Positions 39,975 through 52,484 of a DNA stretch of 64,000 nucleotides are shown piece after piece. Position 1 is the stretch's first letter; each line of letters opens with the position of its first letter. A program made the translations under genes and the position numbers. Under the pieces are notes generated by a model. It was given only the letters and a program-made list of their open reading frames with translations, ran no database searches and had not been told where the DNA came from. The DNA is from Octopus vulgaris (taxonomy: Eukaryota): the NCBI GenBank assembly GCA_951406725.2, contig OX597817.1, forward strand, positions 159,650,001 through 159,714,000. The letters run 5' to 3'.

Positions 39975-40495
39975 TAGATATAAATCACAATCAAAATCAA
40001 ATTTGCTGACATGGCCAATGACAGCACCGCCTGACTGGCATCTGTGCCAGTGGAACATTAAAAGCAACATCGGAGCGTGATCGTTGCCAGGGCCACTGAC
40101 TGGTTCCCATGCCGGTTGCACATAAAAAGCACCATTCGAGCATGATCATTACCAGCGTCACCATACTGACACTTGTACCAGTAGCACGTGAAAAACAACA
40201 TTCGAGCAAGGTCGTTGCCAGTGCCGCTGGACTGGCTCCTGTGCAGGTGACATATAAAAAAAACAATTTGAGCGTGGCCATCGCCAGTACCACCTGACTG
40301 GCCCTCGTGCCGGTAGCATGTAAAAGCACCCACCACACTCTCAGAGTGGTTGGCATTAGGAAGGGCATCCAGCTGTAGAAACTCTGCCAGATCAGATTGG
40401 AGCCTGGCGCAGCCATCTGGCTCGCCAGTCCTCAGTCAAACTGTCCAACCCATACCAGCATGGAAAGCGGGCGTTAAATGACGATGATGATGATA
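39975..40495 (+). mobile_element. RTE LINE 3'UTR fragment with tandem units
   Basis: About five AAAAGCA(C/A)CAT..GAGC units, then AGGAAGGGCATCCAGCTGTAGAAA...GCGTTAAATGACGATGATG. Confidence 0.85.
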
Positions 40496-40548
40496 GTTTA
40501 TCTAGAGTCTTCCCTACACTTTAAAGCTATACTAACAAAAGGGTCTAA

Positions 40549-40758
40549 CCCTTTAGCATTTAATCCAGCCAAAATATTCTACCTGTTTTATGTCAAAAAT
40601 GACCAGATCCAACATCTCATACTACTCTACAATGTCATTCTAAAAATATACAAACACATTACTGAAATCTTGAAGCTAGAAGATAAATGCGTGATTAAAT
40701 TCTAAACAAAGTGAATAAATAAGAATACACTTGACAAAGAAATATGAATGCTAAAGGG
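40549..40758. mobile_element. piggyBac-type MITE (second family)
   Basis: CTAA|CCCTTTAGCATT ... AATGCTAAAGGG|TTAA; 210 bp. Confidence 0.78.
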
Positions 40759-42043
40759 TTAAGTTTACCATTGCAAATAAAAATATTTCTTTTGCATTGC
40801 TCTTTTCTTACAGTATCTATATGCAATCAGGTGTACTGAGCTAGAAATAATTAAGTGTCATGCTAATACATGAATCATTGACTCTTTGGCTAATGGCCAA
40901 TACCTTATTGGTTTGGCCAGTACATATTGCTGGTGTCATGGGGCACAACAAAAGATTTGTTATGTAAAGATGGGCAAGTCAGCTAGACATACTTCCTCAC
41001 TGTTCAGGTTAATAACTGTGGTTAGACTTTTTTCTGAAGTGTTTAGCTTCCAGAAAGCTGGTGGGTAGCAGAATTAATGATTGCTGAAAGATCATGTAAT
41101 TCCAATAATTTTGGTTTCAGATTTTGTGATAAACTTATAGCTGAGAGGTAGAATTAAAAAGAAGTAAGTTTGATTTATGCTCTCAGCAAATAGCTATCCA
41201 AGGACCATAGGCAGCATATAAAATCAGCTAAAATTGACACAGATAAAATTCATATATGCATCATCTACATTACATTTACATGTTTACATACTGTATACAG
41301 AAGAAAAATGAAAATAAATTTGATGATAGTGGAGAAATTGTGAATAAATTAATTATAAATATAAGAATAACAACAATCCTATTAATGATACTAGCAACAA
41401 TTGCAAAGTTAAACCACCAAATTTATAGGGAACAAATATGAGATATAATGTTAATAACTTTATCAAGGACTATAATCTTGTATAGCCTTTTTTCTGGTTT
41501 TGCATCTGACTATACCCTGTGTAGAAGTATATTAATGTATTATGAATCAGAGTATATTTAAATAGTATACAAATTTTACATTTTATGTCACCAGCTGTGT
41601 ACGCTGTGAGAGAAAGAAATACTGAGAGAGAGAAGGGGATAAATGTGACTAAATCATCATCATTATCATTTAACGTCCATTTTCTATGCTGGTATGGGTT
41701 AGATGATTTGTCCTAAGTTGGTAAGCTGCAGCAGGCTGAAGTTGTCTGCTGTGGTTTGGTTTTTACGGCTGAATGCCCTTCCTAATGTTAACATCTTCAC
41801 ATAATGCTTGGCACAGATGCCCATCACATGACGGCTGGCATGGGTGCTTGTCATGCATCACCAGCACAGGCGCCCACTGTGCATCACTGGCACAGGCCAC
41901 AACCATGATTTCACTGAGTTTGGCACATCTTAAGTACAACAAATCAACAAAATACAATTCTATATTTAAGAGATGAGGAATTATGTACATTATTTACATT
42001 TGTTCGGAGATTTATTAATGCTATCCTCATCTTGTTTGTTGTT

Positions 42044-42089
42044 AACACAATGTTTCAGCTGATGTAGTCTCCAGCCTTCATCAGGTGTC
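42044..42089 (-). ncRNA. Type I minimal hammerhead ribozyme motif
   Basis: GACAC-CTGATGA-AGGCTG(loop)CAGCT-GAAA-CATT-GTGTT: stem I GACAC/GTGTT, conserved core, stem II, very short stem III (CGTT decayed to CATT in this copy). Confidence 0.75.
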
Positions 42090-42234
42090 TTGGGGAAATT
42101 TCAAAGCTGGGTTCTCATTCCTAAGGTATTTTTCAATGTTATTATTATTATTATTCTTATTCAGGTCACTGCCAGGAATTGAACTCGGAATCTTGGGGTT
42201 AGTAGCCTGTGCCCTTAACCACTACGCCATATGT

Positions 42235-42276
42235 CCTGATGAAGGCTGGAAGGTATATCAGCTGAAACGTTGTATT
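42235..42276 (+). ncRNA. Hammerhead ribozyme motif, inverted copy (stem I 5' strand truncated)
   Basis: C-CTGATGA-AGGCTG-GAAGGTATAT-CAGCT-GAAA-CGTT-GTATT; palindromic AACGTT stem III. Confidence 0.7.
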
Positions 42277-42799
42277 AACAACAAACAAGATGAGGACAAA
42301 TATCCATCAAATGTAAACAATGTAAATCACCAAAAGTCTCAGCCATTTATCATCCCTGTGAGGCTAAACAACTAATATTTCTCCACCTCGTTCTGGGTCT
42401 ACCTCTTCCACAGGTTCCCTCCATAATTGGAGATCAGCACTTCTTTACGCAGCTGTCCTTGTCCATATGTATCATATGACCACACCAGTGCAGTCTTTTC
42501 TCTTGCATACTATACCTGATGCCTCTTATAACTCATTTTTACTATCAAGATACTTACACTGTTATACATACACACTGACATTGCACATCCAGCAGAGTAC
42601 ACTGGCTTCATTTCTTTCAAGCCTTTACATGTTCTCTGCAGCCACAGCTGATGTTTTATTGTCAAGTAGCATGGCTGTTTGCAAACAAACATCATACAAT
42701 ATGCCTTTCATCCTGGGGAAATGACCCTATGAAGCCAATTTTATCTGCAATAAACAAATGGTGCCATGCTAATAATAAAAATTACTTTTTTGTATTCCT

Positions 42800-43060
42800 T
42801 TTAGTGAGAAACCTTCTTGGATCCTACTAGGTCTAATAACCAGCTGCCTAATCCTTCTTCAAGAGATTGCAACCTAGATGTGGGTTGTTGTTCAGCATGA
42901 CCACAGTGGCCAGCAAAGCCTACACTGTGATGAGCAACAATAGCAGAAGGAATGAGTAGAAGGTGTCCATAAATCTCCCATTTAGTCTTGTGCTGAAGCC
43001 ATGAGATGTTTTAAACATTCACGAGAAGCTTGGCATATGTACCTTTTCCTTCATAGTCTA
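42800..43060 (-). mobile_element. RTE-group LINE C-terminal relic (different family)
   Basis: GTYAKLL..., NISWLQHKTKWEIYGHL, FAGHCGHAEQQP resemble the post-RT thumb region (NISW..H.T...LYG.LP, RL.FAGHC.R). Confidence 0.55.
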
Positions 43061-43359
43061 AGTTTTAGCTTTATAGAGAAGTCTCTCACGAGCTCTGATG
43101 AAGGTCTGCCTCGTTGACTTAGAAATAATTGATCACTAAATGTTTCCAAGCTTGTCCCTCAATTGTCAGGAAGTGTTTACTAAATAAAAGTTTCTGTGAA
43201 AGGGATCAAAATTCCACAGCTGCATCACCATCATCACTTGGTAAAATTAGTACACACAATATAGCAGTTCAATAAAGATTGTTCTATTAAATTATGACTG
43301 GTTAAATAAAACGATAACAAGTAACATCTAAAAAGGCTCATAGTCCTGGTGGATAAAAT

Positions 43360-43660
43360 GGAAGAGGTATTGCTCAGGAGTATGGCGAGAGAGATGGGCT
43401 GGAATAGCCACCCTAATGCATGGGGCTTGAGGATAGTCATTTTTACTCTGATAGCTGAGAATACCAGAGATCTTCACTGCCACTGGCTTCACCATGAATT
43501 TCTCAGAGAGTGGCTGATATTTTGACCTTTTGCCCTTCCCAGCTTGACAAACAGTTAAGACTGGACAGGCAGTTGTAAACACCAGGTTGCTGTTGGAGAA
43601 GGTGTTAATGCATGTGACATCCCAGATGAGGGGATTACCACTGCAAAATGGGAAGTTTGA
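43360..43660 (-). mobile_element. CRE/NeSL-like non-LTR retrotransposon REL endonuclease remnant
   Basis: FPFCSG/SLIWDVTCINTFSNSNL, KRSKYQPL, KPVAVKISGIL, WLFQPISLAILLSNTSSILST match WD.TC.DT, K..KY, F.P.A.ET.G, LFQR.S.AI.RGNA..ILG. Confidence 0.72.
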
Positions 43661-45319
43661 ATAGGCTAAGAGTAAAATTCCTAAGACAAATTAGTAAAGA
43701 AAAATGATAAATATAAAACAAAATCCCAAACCTCCAACCCAGTTATTTGGAAACATTTATAAATACAGGCAAATAAGTTATTAGAATCTGAAAGTAATTA
43801 TGAATAATGAAAAAAATGTATTGGTTCAATTAAATCATTAAAAATGCCAGGAGGACTTATGTATAATATTATAATGAATACATAGGGAAAAGGGGAAAAA
43901 AACAAACAAACAAAAAAGATAAAGTTTTCACACAAAAAAATAGATATATAAATAAAAGATGGCTACAATTTAAAAATCTTCTCCCTATAGTAGTGATTTG
44001 CTAATTGTACACTTGCAGTCATAAATGTGTATCATGCTAAAAGTACAATGTCATTTCACTGATAATCATCACTGCTTTTACATCTCTGCTGCTACAAGTC
44101 TGATGAAGCCCTTAAAGTCACCTCTAATCTGTTCCCCTATCAATATCCCAATCACCTATATTTTTTGTTCAAAGTCCCCTTTGGCACATTTCTCTACCAT
44201 TTATCAATAACCTTTGCTTATCACCAAACCAACTTTTATCTATAATTGCAATATATCTAGCATTTTCATTTTGTTTTACTCAAGTGATATTATCAATGTT
44301 TGTTAGGGAGCCAATGATAATACAATGGCTTCATAATGATTGCAAAAGAATTAAAATATTTATTTATCTTTCTTAGCTGGGTCTTAAGTAATGATAAAGA
44401 AATTGTACAAAGAAGCCTAAAGTATTTTTCAAGCTGAGTAATTTTTGAGTTGTTTTCAAATATGCAGGGACAATCAAAGCAAACTGATCGAGTATGTTTC
44501 CACTTTTCAGTACAATCTATAAAGTAAAAGGTTTGTCGAAATCAAAGAATTGCATCAATGATTGATTCAATAGTTCTAAAACTGGATGCCTTCCTAATAT
44601 TACACAATATTCGTTTGTGAAGTAGGAGCAATAAATACTCTTAACTGGAATCATGAAAACACGAAATGAATGAGGTGACTTTTGTTTGTGACAAGATGAA
44701 GATTAGCAAATGAACACATCAAATGCCCAGCTGATGTAACATAGTTGCTACGGTTACTGAGTTTTGGTGAAAAAATGAGCATAGTAGCTATAAGAGTGAA
44801 GCAACATTTGCCACATTTTGGCTCAGTTGACTAAAGTGTCACCTGCACTTCAGATTAAGTAGTAGGAAGGGTGTCCAGCTGGAAAAATACTCATGCAAAG
44901 TTATAAAAAGAAAAACCATCATACAAACAATACCACGGAAAACAAATCTGACAGATTGATAATAGAATACAGATAACTTCAATAGATCAAAATCATTCAC
45001 CAAAATGCCAAAAATATATATTTTTGATGACTTGTAATCATCTGTAAAAGTTATTTTTAAAAATTTGACATTTTCATTTGGTTTTCCACAAATACATATT
45101 ACTGGGGCATTGTTTTACAGCTTCCAGTCACTAACCACTTTTTTTTTTATTCCTTACATCTTCAAAGCTGAAGGGCTAAAAGATATATTTTGTCAGAGAA
45201 TTGTCAACAAAGTTCATCATTTGCAGCAAATCGCTGAAAGTAAACATTCATAAAAACATACTGTGTGTGTGTGTGTGTGTGAGTGCGCATGTATGTATGT
45301 ACGTATATATAATGAGTGA

Positions 45320-45560
45320 CCAAAAGCTTTGGCATTAGGCCATGCTTGAGAAGAAGACCCACCAAGCCAAGTAAAATCGTAGTCGTGGTAGATACTGGTG
45401 TCATGCAAACTTGGAGTGGTTGACGTTGGGAAGGACATCCAGCCACAGAAACCGTACCAAATCAGACTGGAGTCTGGCGCAGCCTTCCAGCTTGCCACCC
45501 TGGTCAAAGCATCCAAACCATGCCAGCATGGACAACAGATGTTAAATGATAATGATATGA
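45320..45560 (+). mobile_element. RTE LINE 3' end fragment
   Basis: GGAAGGACATCCAGCCACAGAAACC...CATGCCAGCATGGACAACAGATGTTAAATGAT. Confidence 0.75.
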
Positions 45561-45799
45561 TTTGTTAGAGCCAAAACAATGTGAAATGAAATACAAAAGT
45601 GAATCATAAAAGTAAAGATGAAACTACAGTTGAAGTTTTACCTGTAATTCTTCAATATTTTGTAGTTAGGACACTTTTGTCACCATATGTGGAGAAATGG
45701 GAGATGTAAAAAAAGCTGTTTTAGCTCAGAAATGTGGGAAAGGGAAATGACATGCATGCACTGGTGTTATAGTAACTAGTTTGCTTTGTGTAGTTTCAT

Positions 45800-46520
45800 A
45801 TCTGTTGTTTGAATTGACTTCAGCTTATTAATTAGGATAACTTCCTTGAGCTGAAGGTTGCCTGTGTTACATTCCATGGCTCTGACAGATACAATAAAGT
45901 CCTGAGTTTAGCATTTTTGCAGGTGTCTGTAAGCTGAAATGTTTGTGCACATATGTTCTTCAATGTGGATATGCAGTTTCTTGATGGTGCTTTCAAAATA
46001 GAATGTACCATATATGCTGCAGACCACTTCATATAATACAAGTCCTTGAGCACATTTTTTTAAGCTGTTGATGAGGTAATTGGACAGTGTGCACCTCACA
46101 ATGCTGTTTATGGTACAATTTCTAAATCGAAATTTCATCAGGGATGGATTGGAGTGTTCCATCTGTGTATTTAATATTTCTTTGTAGAAAGCATGATGGA
46201 TTGTAGAAGTGATTTTGTTGTCAAAAAAGGGTATTTTAAAGAAGCAAATGTATCAACCTTAGGAGTATGAGCCTTCTTATGAAGTATGTTATTTTTAGCA
46301 TTGCTTATGTGCTGTTGTTTGGTGACAGATGGTGGATAGCCGTTGTTTAGTAGAATCTGGTGGAACTATTTGGTGTTGGTGGCTTCATCAGCTGCATTAC
46401 TGAACTAGTTGCTTATAAGTGAAATTTCATTTCTCAAAGCAGGTGTTCAGTAAATGCATTCACTATGGAGATAGCAACAAATATGATGAGTTGAATTTAG
46501 AAAAAATTCACTCTTCACAG
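45800..46520 (-). mobile_element. Penelope-like element remnant (RT thumb to GIY-YIG endonuclease)
   Basis: ILLNNGYPP, LKYP, VLYEVVCSIYGTFYFESTIKKLHIHIEEH resemble L..NGYP and VVY...C..C...YIG.T.R.L..RI.EH. Confidence 0.65.
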
Positions 46521-47959
46521 TTAGTGTATAGATTTCTTAAGAAGTGTGGCAAGTATACAGCAAAGAAAGAAGAGACTGATAAATATCCATGAAGGCCAGA
46601 TATGACAATGAAACCAAAAGAAAAGGTAGCAGTTCCACATGGAGTGAGTGGAAAAAGCTTAATCAACTCCACATTGGAGATGCTAAAGTGATTTGGAGAC
46701 AATGTAAACAAGTCACTCATTGGTTTGCCCCTTCAGAATTCCTTTTACTATTTGGAGGAGTTGGAAAATGATATAAAAAACCATGCAAGATTACAACAAA
46801 AGTTCGAGGACCTGACATAGACCCAAAACAATAATAATGACAGACCAGACCATTGCATTGACATCAGTAGACTAAAAGATATTCCAGGACACAGTCATTT
46901 TCCATACAATCAAATAAAGAAACAAAATATACAAACAAATAAAACCATGACTTTGCCATTCAAATGAAACCCAGCAATCATTGTATGATACTGGTAGCTC
47001 AGTGGATGTAGTTAACCTTGATTTTAGCATACAAACAAGCAATACCAACCACACAAGTTGTCATATTGACCACGGATCCCATAATTATATAACTTAAGGA
47101 AGAGGGGACTTATGCAAAAATGTGTGATACTTTATTGGCATTCTCTTAATTTAGTAGACATGTTTTTTTTTTCTTGTCATATCATGTAAGAAATTATCAG
47201 TGCTTTTTCAGAAATTTCTGACAAGAAAGGTCTTGATAACCACAAAACAAAGCTGAGAAAACAGGTGGAGAATGTGTGTTACACTTCTTTCACCTAATGT
47301 AGATTTTCTTACTTGTAGTAGACACTTGATAGTGTAATACTGAAGTATATTGATAAGCTTTATTCCAACTTTAAGTGGATTAATCATGCCAAACAAAATA
47401 TTCACAAATTTTAGTGCATTTAATTATGATAGGTCATCATACATTTCTTTGTACAGAACAAGAAATTAAAAGATAAGATACATTGTGAAAAATATCATGT
47501 CCTTTCAGCTACTGGACTAGTAGGATCACAGCTGAACTTCATCTCAATATGTTGTACAAATTGCCAACAAGACAATGCCAGCTGGTATACTAGACAAGAG
47601 AGAGCAAGTTTATAGTTGTCAATAAGTATGATTGTCCTGAGCAGTGAAAACGTTTCTGTCATCCATTACTTTTGAAGAAGTAATGGATGACAAAAGTTAC
47701 AAAAGACAGATAAAAAGGTGGTGGTGGGTATGATAGGTACAAAGTTAGGGACAATAAGATGTAGAGATCTAGAAAGTGAAGAGTGGGTTGTGAAGAATAA
47801 AGACCAACAGAGGTGATGAGATGAAAGTGTGATAGTATTGCATGAATTAATCAGCAACAGTCATCCAGTTGCAAAAAAGTTCAGTAGAGTAAGTGACATT
47901 TGAGAAATTAGTGGGAAGTATTCAAACTTCTAGTTGACTGAAGGGTTGTGTGTGCACAT

Positions 47960-48280
47960 GCATCAGCCTGCAGCCTCATAGCCATCTGCAACATGCCCCC
48001 TTCCTCCTTGCCAGACCATCCTACCAGGGTCTTACTCTTGTTTGAAGCAGCATCTGAGGACTAGAAGAGGCCCTGTGGCAGGCCCGGCACCAGATGGCAG
48101 GATGTGATTAAAGATCTCCAGAGACCTGACATCATCTTGGAGGATACAAAGGGGCTGGCATGAGACCACTAGCAATGGGGGTCACTGGTGGACTTGGTCG
48201 GCTCTATGCACAATAATGCCTCTGGGACCACTGACCTGGCATGACACCAGCCTCATCGAGCAAGAGCATGAGTGTGTGAG
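47960..48280 (+). mobile_element. RTE-type LINE C-terminal relic nested in a CR1/L2-like relic
   Basis: KRPCGRPGTRWQDVIKDL...ILEDTKGLA*DH resembles the RTE C-terminus (KRPRGRPR.RW.D.I..DL...A.DR..W). Confidence 0.55.
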
Positions 48281-49126
48281 TATGATTTGGAATATGAAGC
48301 ATTGTTTGCCAATCTTGATAATTGTCTTTAGCTTATGGATGTTAGTAGAGAGGGGGCAGAAGAGTTAAAGTTGCCAGGGATGTTACTGTGGATATCTAAC
48401 ATCTAATGGGTTCTCACAGAAGTGATCACCCAGATGGTAAATGACTTTGTACAATGAAATAAATCAGAGAGGAAAGAGTACAATTAAAATAAGAAATGTG
48501 CACAATGGACTTGGGGTTGCATAGAATTGCGGTATTAGAGTTTCTTTAATATAGCTGATAAGATATAGGCACCAAACTCTCCAAATATATGGTACACAAA
48601 TTTTGTACAATTTTATGAAGAATGATGAAAATCTTTGGGTTCATAATTCCACAGTGCAGACAATATCACAAGGCTTTCAATGTGAGAATACTGGAGGAAA
48701 ATTGTCGTGAGAACATTTTTCAGAAGCCACACTTCTGTTATCGGCACCTTTAGTGTTAATGATAGTCAATTAATTTTTATTAAATAACTCAACTGAATGA
48801 GAAATTTCAAATTAGAGAACAGTAAAATGAATCCTGGTGTCACTTAAAATCTGAACCAGTCTTTTGTTAAAAAAAAAAGGGCATTATAAATTATTTTATG
48901 CATGAAAATGTGAAAGTGGAACATATAAACAATTATGATTTTTATTTCAGGCCAATGCAATAATTTTGTCATGTATGTATAACAATTGTGTAATTAAACA
49001 GTTAAAAGCAAGTTATGATACATATGTATATATATATATATATATATATGCGTTCTTAGAGGAAACATCTGTGAGATGTAAGCTATATTTACAATTTTCA
49101 CATCATTTTAAATTCAAACAAAAGCA

Positions 49127-49580
49127 CCAAATTTTATAAGCAACCATACATAATATACATATGAATGGCTCTGTGGTTAAAATGTTTTCTTTCCAACCAT
49201 ATAATTTGAGGTCCAGTCCCACAATGTGGCACATTGGGAAAGTGCTTTCTACTGTAGCCCTAGATTGACCAAAACCCTGTGAGTGGATTTGGTATATGGA
49301 AACCGTAAAAAGCTCATATATATCTCTCTGTATGTGTATACATGCGTGTTTTTTTTTGCGTGTGTGTGCATAGACAGATGGAAAACTAGACCAAATTTTA
49401 TAAGCAACCATACATAATATACATATGAATGGCTCTGTGGTTAAAATGTTTTCTTTCCAACCATATAATTTGAGGTCCAGTCCCACAATGTGGCACATTG
49501 GGAAAGTGCTTCTACTTCAGGCTGACCAATGCCTTGTGAGTGGATTTGATAGATAGAAACTGAAAGAGGCCTCGTATACA
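49127..49580 (+). repeat. Local duplication of ~120 bp (flank + SINE head)
   Basis: ACCAAATTTTATAAGCAACC...GGCACATTGGGAAAGTGCTT occurs identically at ~49127 and ~49390; the downstream SINE bodies differ. Confidence 0.85.
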
Positions 49581-49609
49581 CACACACACACATATATATA
49601 TATATAAAA

Positions 49610-50390
49610 TGTCAGGAAAATTTATACATTGATCTTAGGTTTCAACCATACAAAATGATAGTTGTTCAGGAACTTCATGAATGTGAATGAGAAAACTGTG
49701 CACCATGCTGTGAGGATATCCTTCATAATGTTCCTGCAGATGCTGTTTTCAAAAGCAATGAATGCCACTTTAACTTGATCTTAGGTTTCAACCATACAAA
49801 ATGATAGTTGTTCAGGAACTTCACTGAATGTGAATGAGAAAACTGTGCACCCTAAACAGTTTCATGAAAGACTTCTACACTGAACAAATTACCACGTGGT
49901 ACATGATTGCAAATTTTGGTGTATGGAGTCCTCACTTTAGTGAGGAGGGAAGCCAAGCAGTTATATGTAATCAGTACACAAGTATGCTTATGGAACTTTC
50001 TGGAGTCAAAACTCACAGACCTTGGAAATTCAGATATGCGGTTTGATGGAGCCATTACTCACACTGTAGGAAGATCAATGGAAGTTTTGAGAGAACTGTT
50101 TCCGGGACATTTGATTTCTTTATACAGTGACATTGGATAGCCTGTACACATGCCTGATCTCTCTCCCTGTGATTATTTTCTCTGGGATTATCTGAAATTT
50201 GGGATCTACAAGCATCAACCAACAGCCATGGGCAAATTGAAGGCTGCTATACCCCATACAACTGCAAAAAAACTACTGGAAATTCCTCACTGAGTGATGG
50301 AAAACTTCAGACATCAACTACAATAGTGTATCACAATTAGAGAAAATTCTGCTATTTGGAGGATATCATTTTCAAAACCAAATGAAACAA
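49610..50390 (+). mobile_element. Tc1/mariner superfamily DD41D-type transposase remnant
   Basis: DLRFQPYKMIVVQEL (duplicated at ~49630 and ~49777); DGAITHT...LRELFPGHLISLYSDIG*PVHMPDLSPCDYFLWDYLK with 41 residues between the last two D. Confidence 0.8.
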
Positions 50391-50579
50391 ACTGCATCCT
50401 TTCATGTTAAAATACTTTTGGATAGAATTTATCTTGGCTTTTTTGTCTAATTCTAAAATATAGTTTTTTTTTTTTGCTGTCTCCTGTATTAACTTGGTTG
50501 GAAATAGGCGAGGGTTGGTGAAAGGAAGAGCATCCAACTGTAGAAAATCTTCCGTCCAACCAAGCAAGTATGAAAAATA

Positions 50580-50615
<36 letters not shown>

Positions 50616-50658
50616 GTATATAGGGGAGGGAGTGCTTGTGTGTGTCTGTACATAACTA

Positions 50659-51664
50659 CAGACTGGAGTACCCCCACTGACTTAGTTCCCTCAAATATCT
50701 GAAGAAAATGGATATGAATATTTTGGATGAAACTTTGTAGAGATATGCTTTCGAGGGTGCAAATTAAAAAAAAAAAAAATTGGAAGATTTTCAGATCGTG
50801 CCCTCCGCTCGCTTTGTTAACCGCCGATTTCCGTAACTTTAGCATTTTCCATCTTTATTCGGCACTCAGATCGAAAACACGTTTCTGAAAAATATCCCTT
50901 AAAATTATGCGTTTTTAAAGATAGTTCACACAAACAACTAAATTTTGAGAAAGCGACAATGATCCAAAACTTATAAAAGGAAAGAAAAAAAACGAATAAA
51001 TAAATTTCAAAGATATGCTTGCAAGGTAGGTGATTTGATTTGCGACTGTGTTGAAACCAAAACGATTCCAGCGTGGAAGACATATTTGTAAATTCAAAAA
51101 CACACAAAGGCTCAACTTTGACACCAAATAACAATAAGTCTTCTTCTTCTTCTACTATAGCTTCGGGCCGACCAAAGCCGTGTGAGTGGATTTGGTAGAC
51201 GGAAACTAAAAGAAGCCTGTCGTATATATGTGTATATATATATATATATGTATGTGTGTCTGTGTTTGTCCCCCTAGCATTGCTTGACAACCGATGCTGG
51301 TGTGTTTATGTCCCCGTTACTTAGCGGTTCGGCAAAAGAGACCGATAGGATAAGTACTGGGCTTACAAAAGAATAAGTCCCGGGATCGAGATGCTCGATT
51401 AAAGGTGGTGCTCCAGCATGGCCACAGTCAAATGACTGAAACAAGTAAAAGAGTAAAGAGAGTAAGTCAACAGGAATGTGTGTCTGTTTTAGAATAATGA
51501 TTTATGTGTCCCCCATGCTGCAATCGTATATTTTTTTCCTTCTTGTTATCATTATCAAAATCATAAGTTACACATCGAAAACGTATATCTGAAAAATTTC
51601 ATAAGAAAATATGCATCTTTCAGAAAGTTACGAGCAAACACCGTATGGGAGGGGCACCAGTCTG
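50659..51664. mobile_element. Non-autonomous TIR element (TA-flanked) carrying a SINE
   Basis: TA|CAGACTGGAGTACCCC ... GGGGCACCAGTCTG|TA; no coding capacity. Confidence 0.6.
51140..51465 (+). mobile_element. CORE-type SINE, 5'-truncated
   Basis: Starts at (TCT)n ACTATAGC; young, CpG-rich; GTAAAAGAGTAAAGAG tail. Confidence 0.85.
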
Positions 51665-51860
51665 TAGTAAAAGCATTGATACATGGATTTCTACAAGAAA
51701 ACCTGACGACGGAATGTCTACGTCCGTTTAGATTAAATTGTTGGGATCTTGTTAAATTGCTTCCAGCCATTTGAAGTATTTCAAATATTCATTCACCAGG
51801 TTATTTTCAAACATGTAGCTCTGATGTTGTTTTGCATGCAGACGACGAAAACTGAATTCA

Positions 51861-52227
51861 GTTTTGTGTCTGTCTCCTACGATTTAGATTCCTAACTACT
51901 CCCACATTTTGCGGTGCAGTTTAACCAAAAGCGGGTATCTTATAGTCGTGATTCATATCGAGCCCTTCTGGGTATTAACGTGCGTCTACGATGAGCCTAC
52001 GATTTAAAAAAAAATTTACCATCATTTTTTCCCATTTCAATGCATTTTTTCGCTATTATATAAGGGAAGTAACTCTCTAAAAATGTCTACGATGAGTCAA
52101 CGATTTTAAAAAAAATTTACCATCATTTTTTCCCCATTTTTAATGCATTTTTTTGCTATAACTCTCTAAAAATGCTTATATAGTTATTTCCCTTACAAAC
52201 CCAAGCAACGCCGGGCGATACTGCTAG
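51861..52227 (+). mobile_element. Non-autonomous Helitron, family A (5' tip missing)
   Basis: Ends CCCAAGCAACGCCGGGCGATACTG CTAG|T; reverse complement of 52485-52870. Confidence 0.88.
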
Positions 52228-52484
52228 TTAATAATAAGCAAGTGTCATGCAAGACTATTAGAATTACATTTTTTAAAATATAAACCTTATGAAAATTTTT
52301 AAAATTTCAAGTGATTGAGAGAAATTTAACATGATCCAATCGTTATTGAGATTGCTTAGGCTTCCCTTTTGGGAATTCTATCTCAATTTATTGTCCAAAT
52401 GTTTTTAGGATTCTCCATAATTGTCTTGCACGGGACTAGGTTGAATTTTGTTTCTGCCTTTCATATAAAGGTTTTTATAGTATA

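Larger units (their letters stand above)
41953..42323 (-). mobile_element. tRNA-headed SINE with hammerhead-containing Penelope-like tail and inverted terminal duplication
   Basis: Minus strand: A box TGGCGTAGTGG (42229-19), anticodon-like loop CTACTAA, B box GAGTTCAATTCC (42186-75), (AAT)n spacer, hammerhead, tail. Inverted copy of the tail at 42235-42323. TSD AAATCA(A/C)CAAAA at 41941-52 and 42324-35. Confidence 0.78.
41655..42715 (-). mobile_element. Old RTE LINE 3' fragment, split by the hammerhead-SINE insertion
   Basis: (CAT)n + 3'UTR at 41655-41950; ORF C-terminus resumes at 42324-42715 (GGGTCTACCTCTTCCACAGG...). Confidence 0.8.

Noticed and set aside
42160-42235. Functional tRNA-Ser gene
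   Set aside because: Acceptor and anticodon stems pair poorly, there is no long variable arm, and it is embedded in a TSD-flanked repeat; it is a SINE head.
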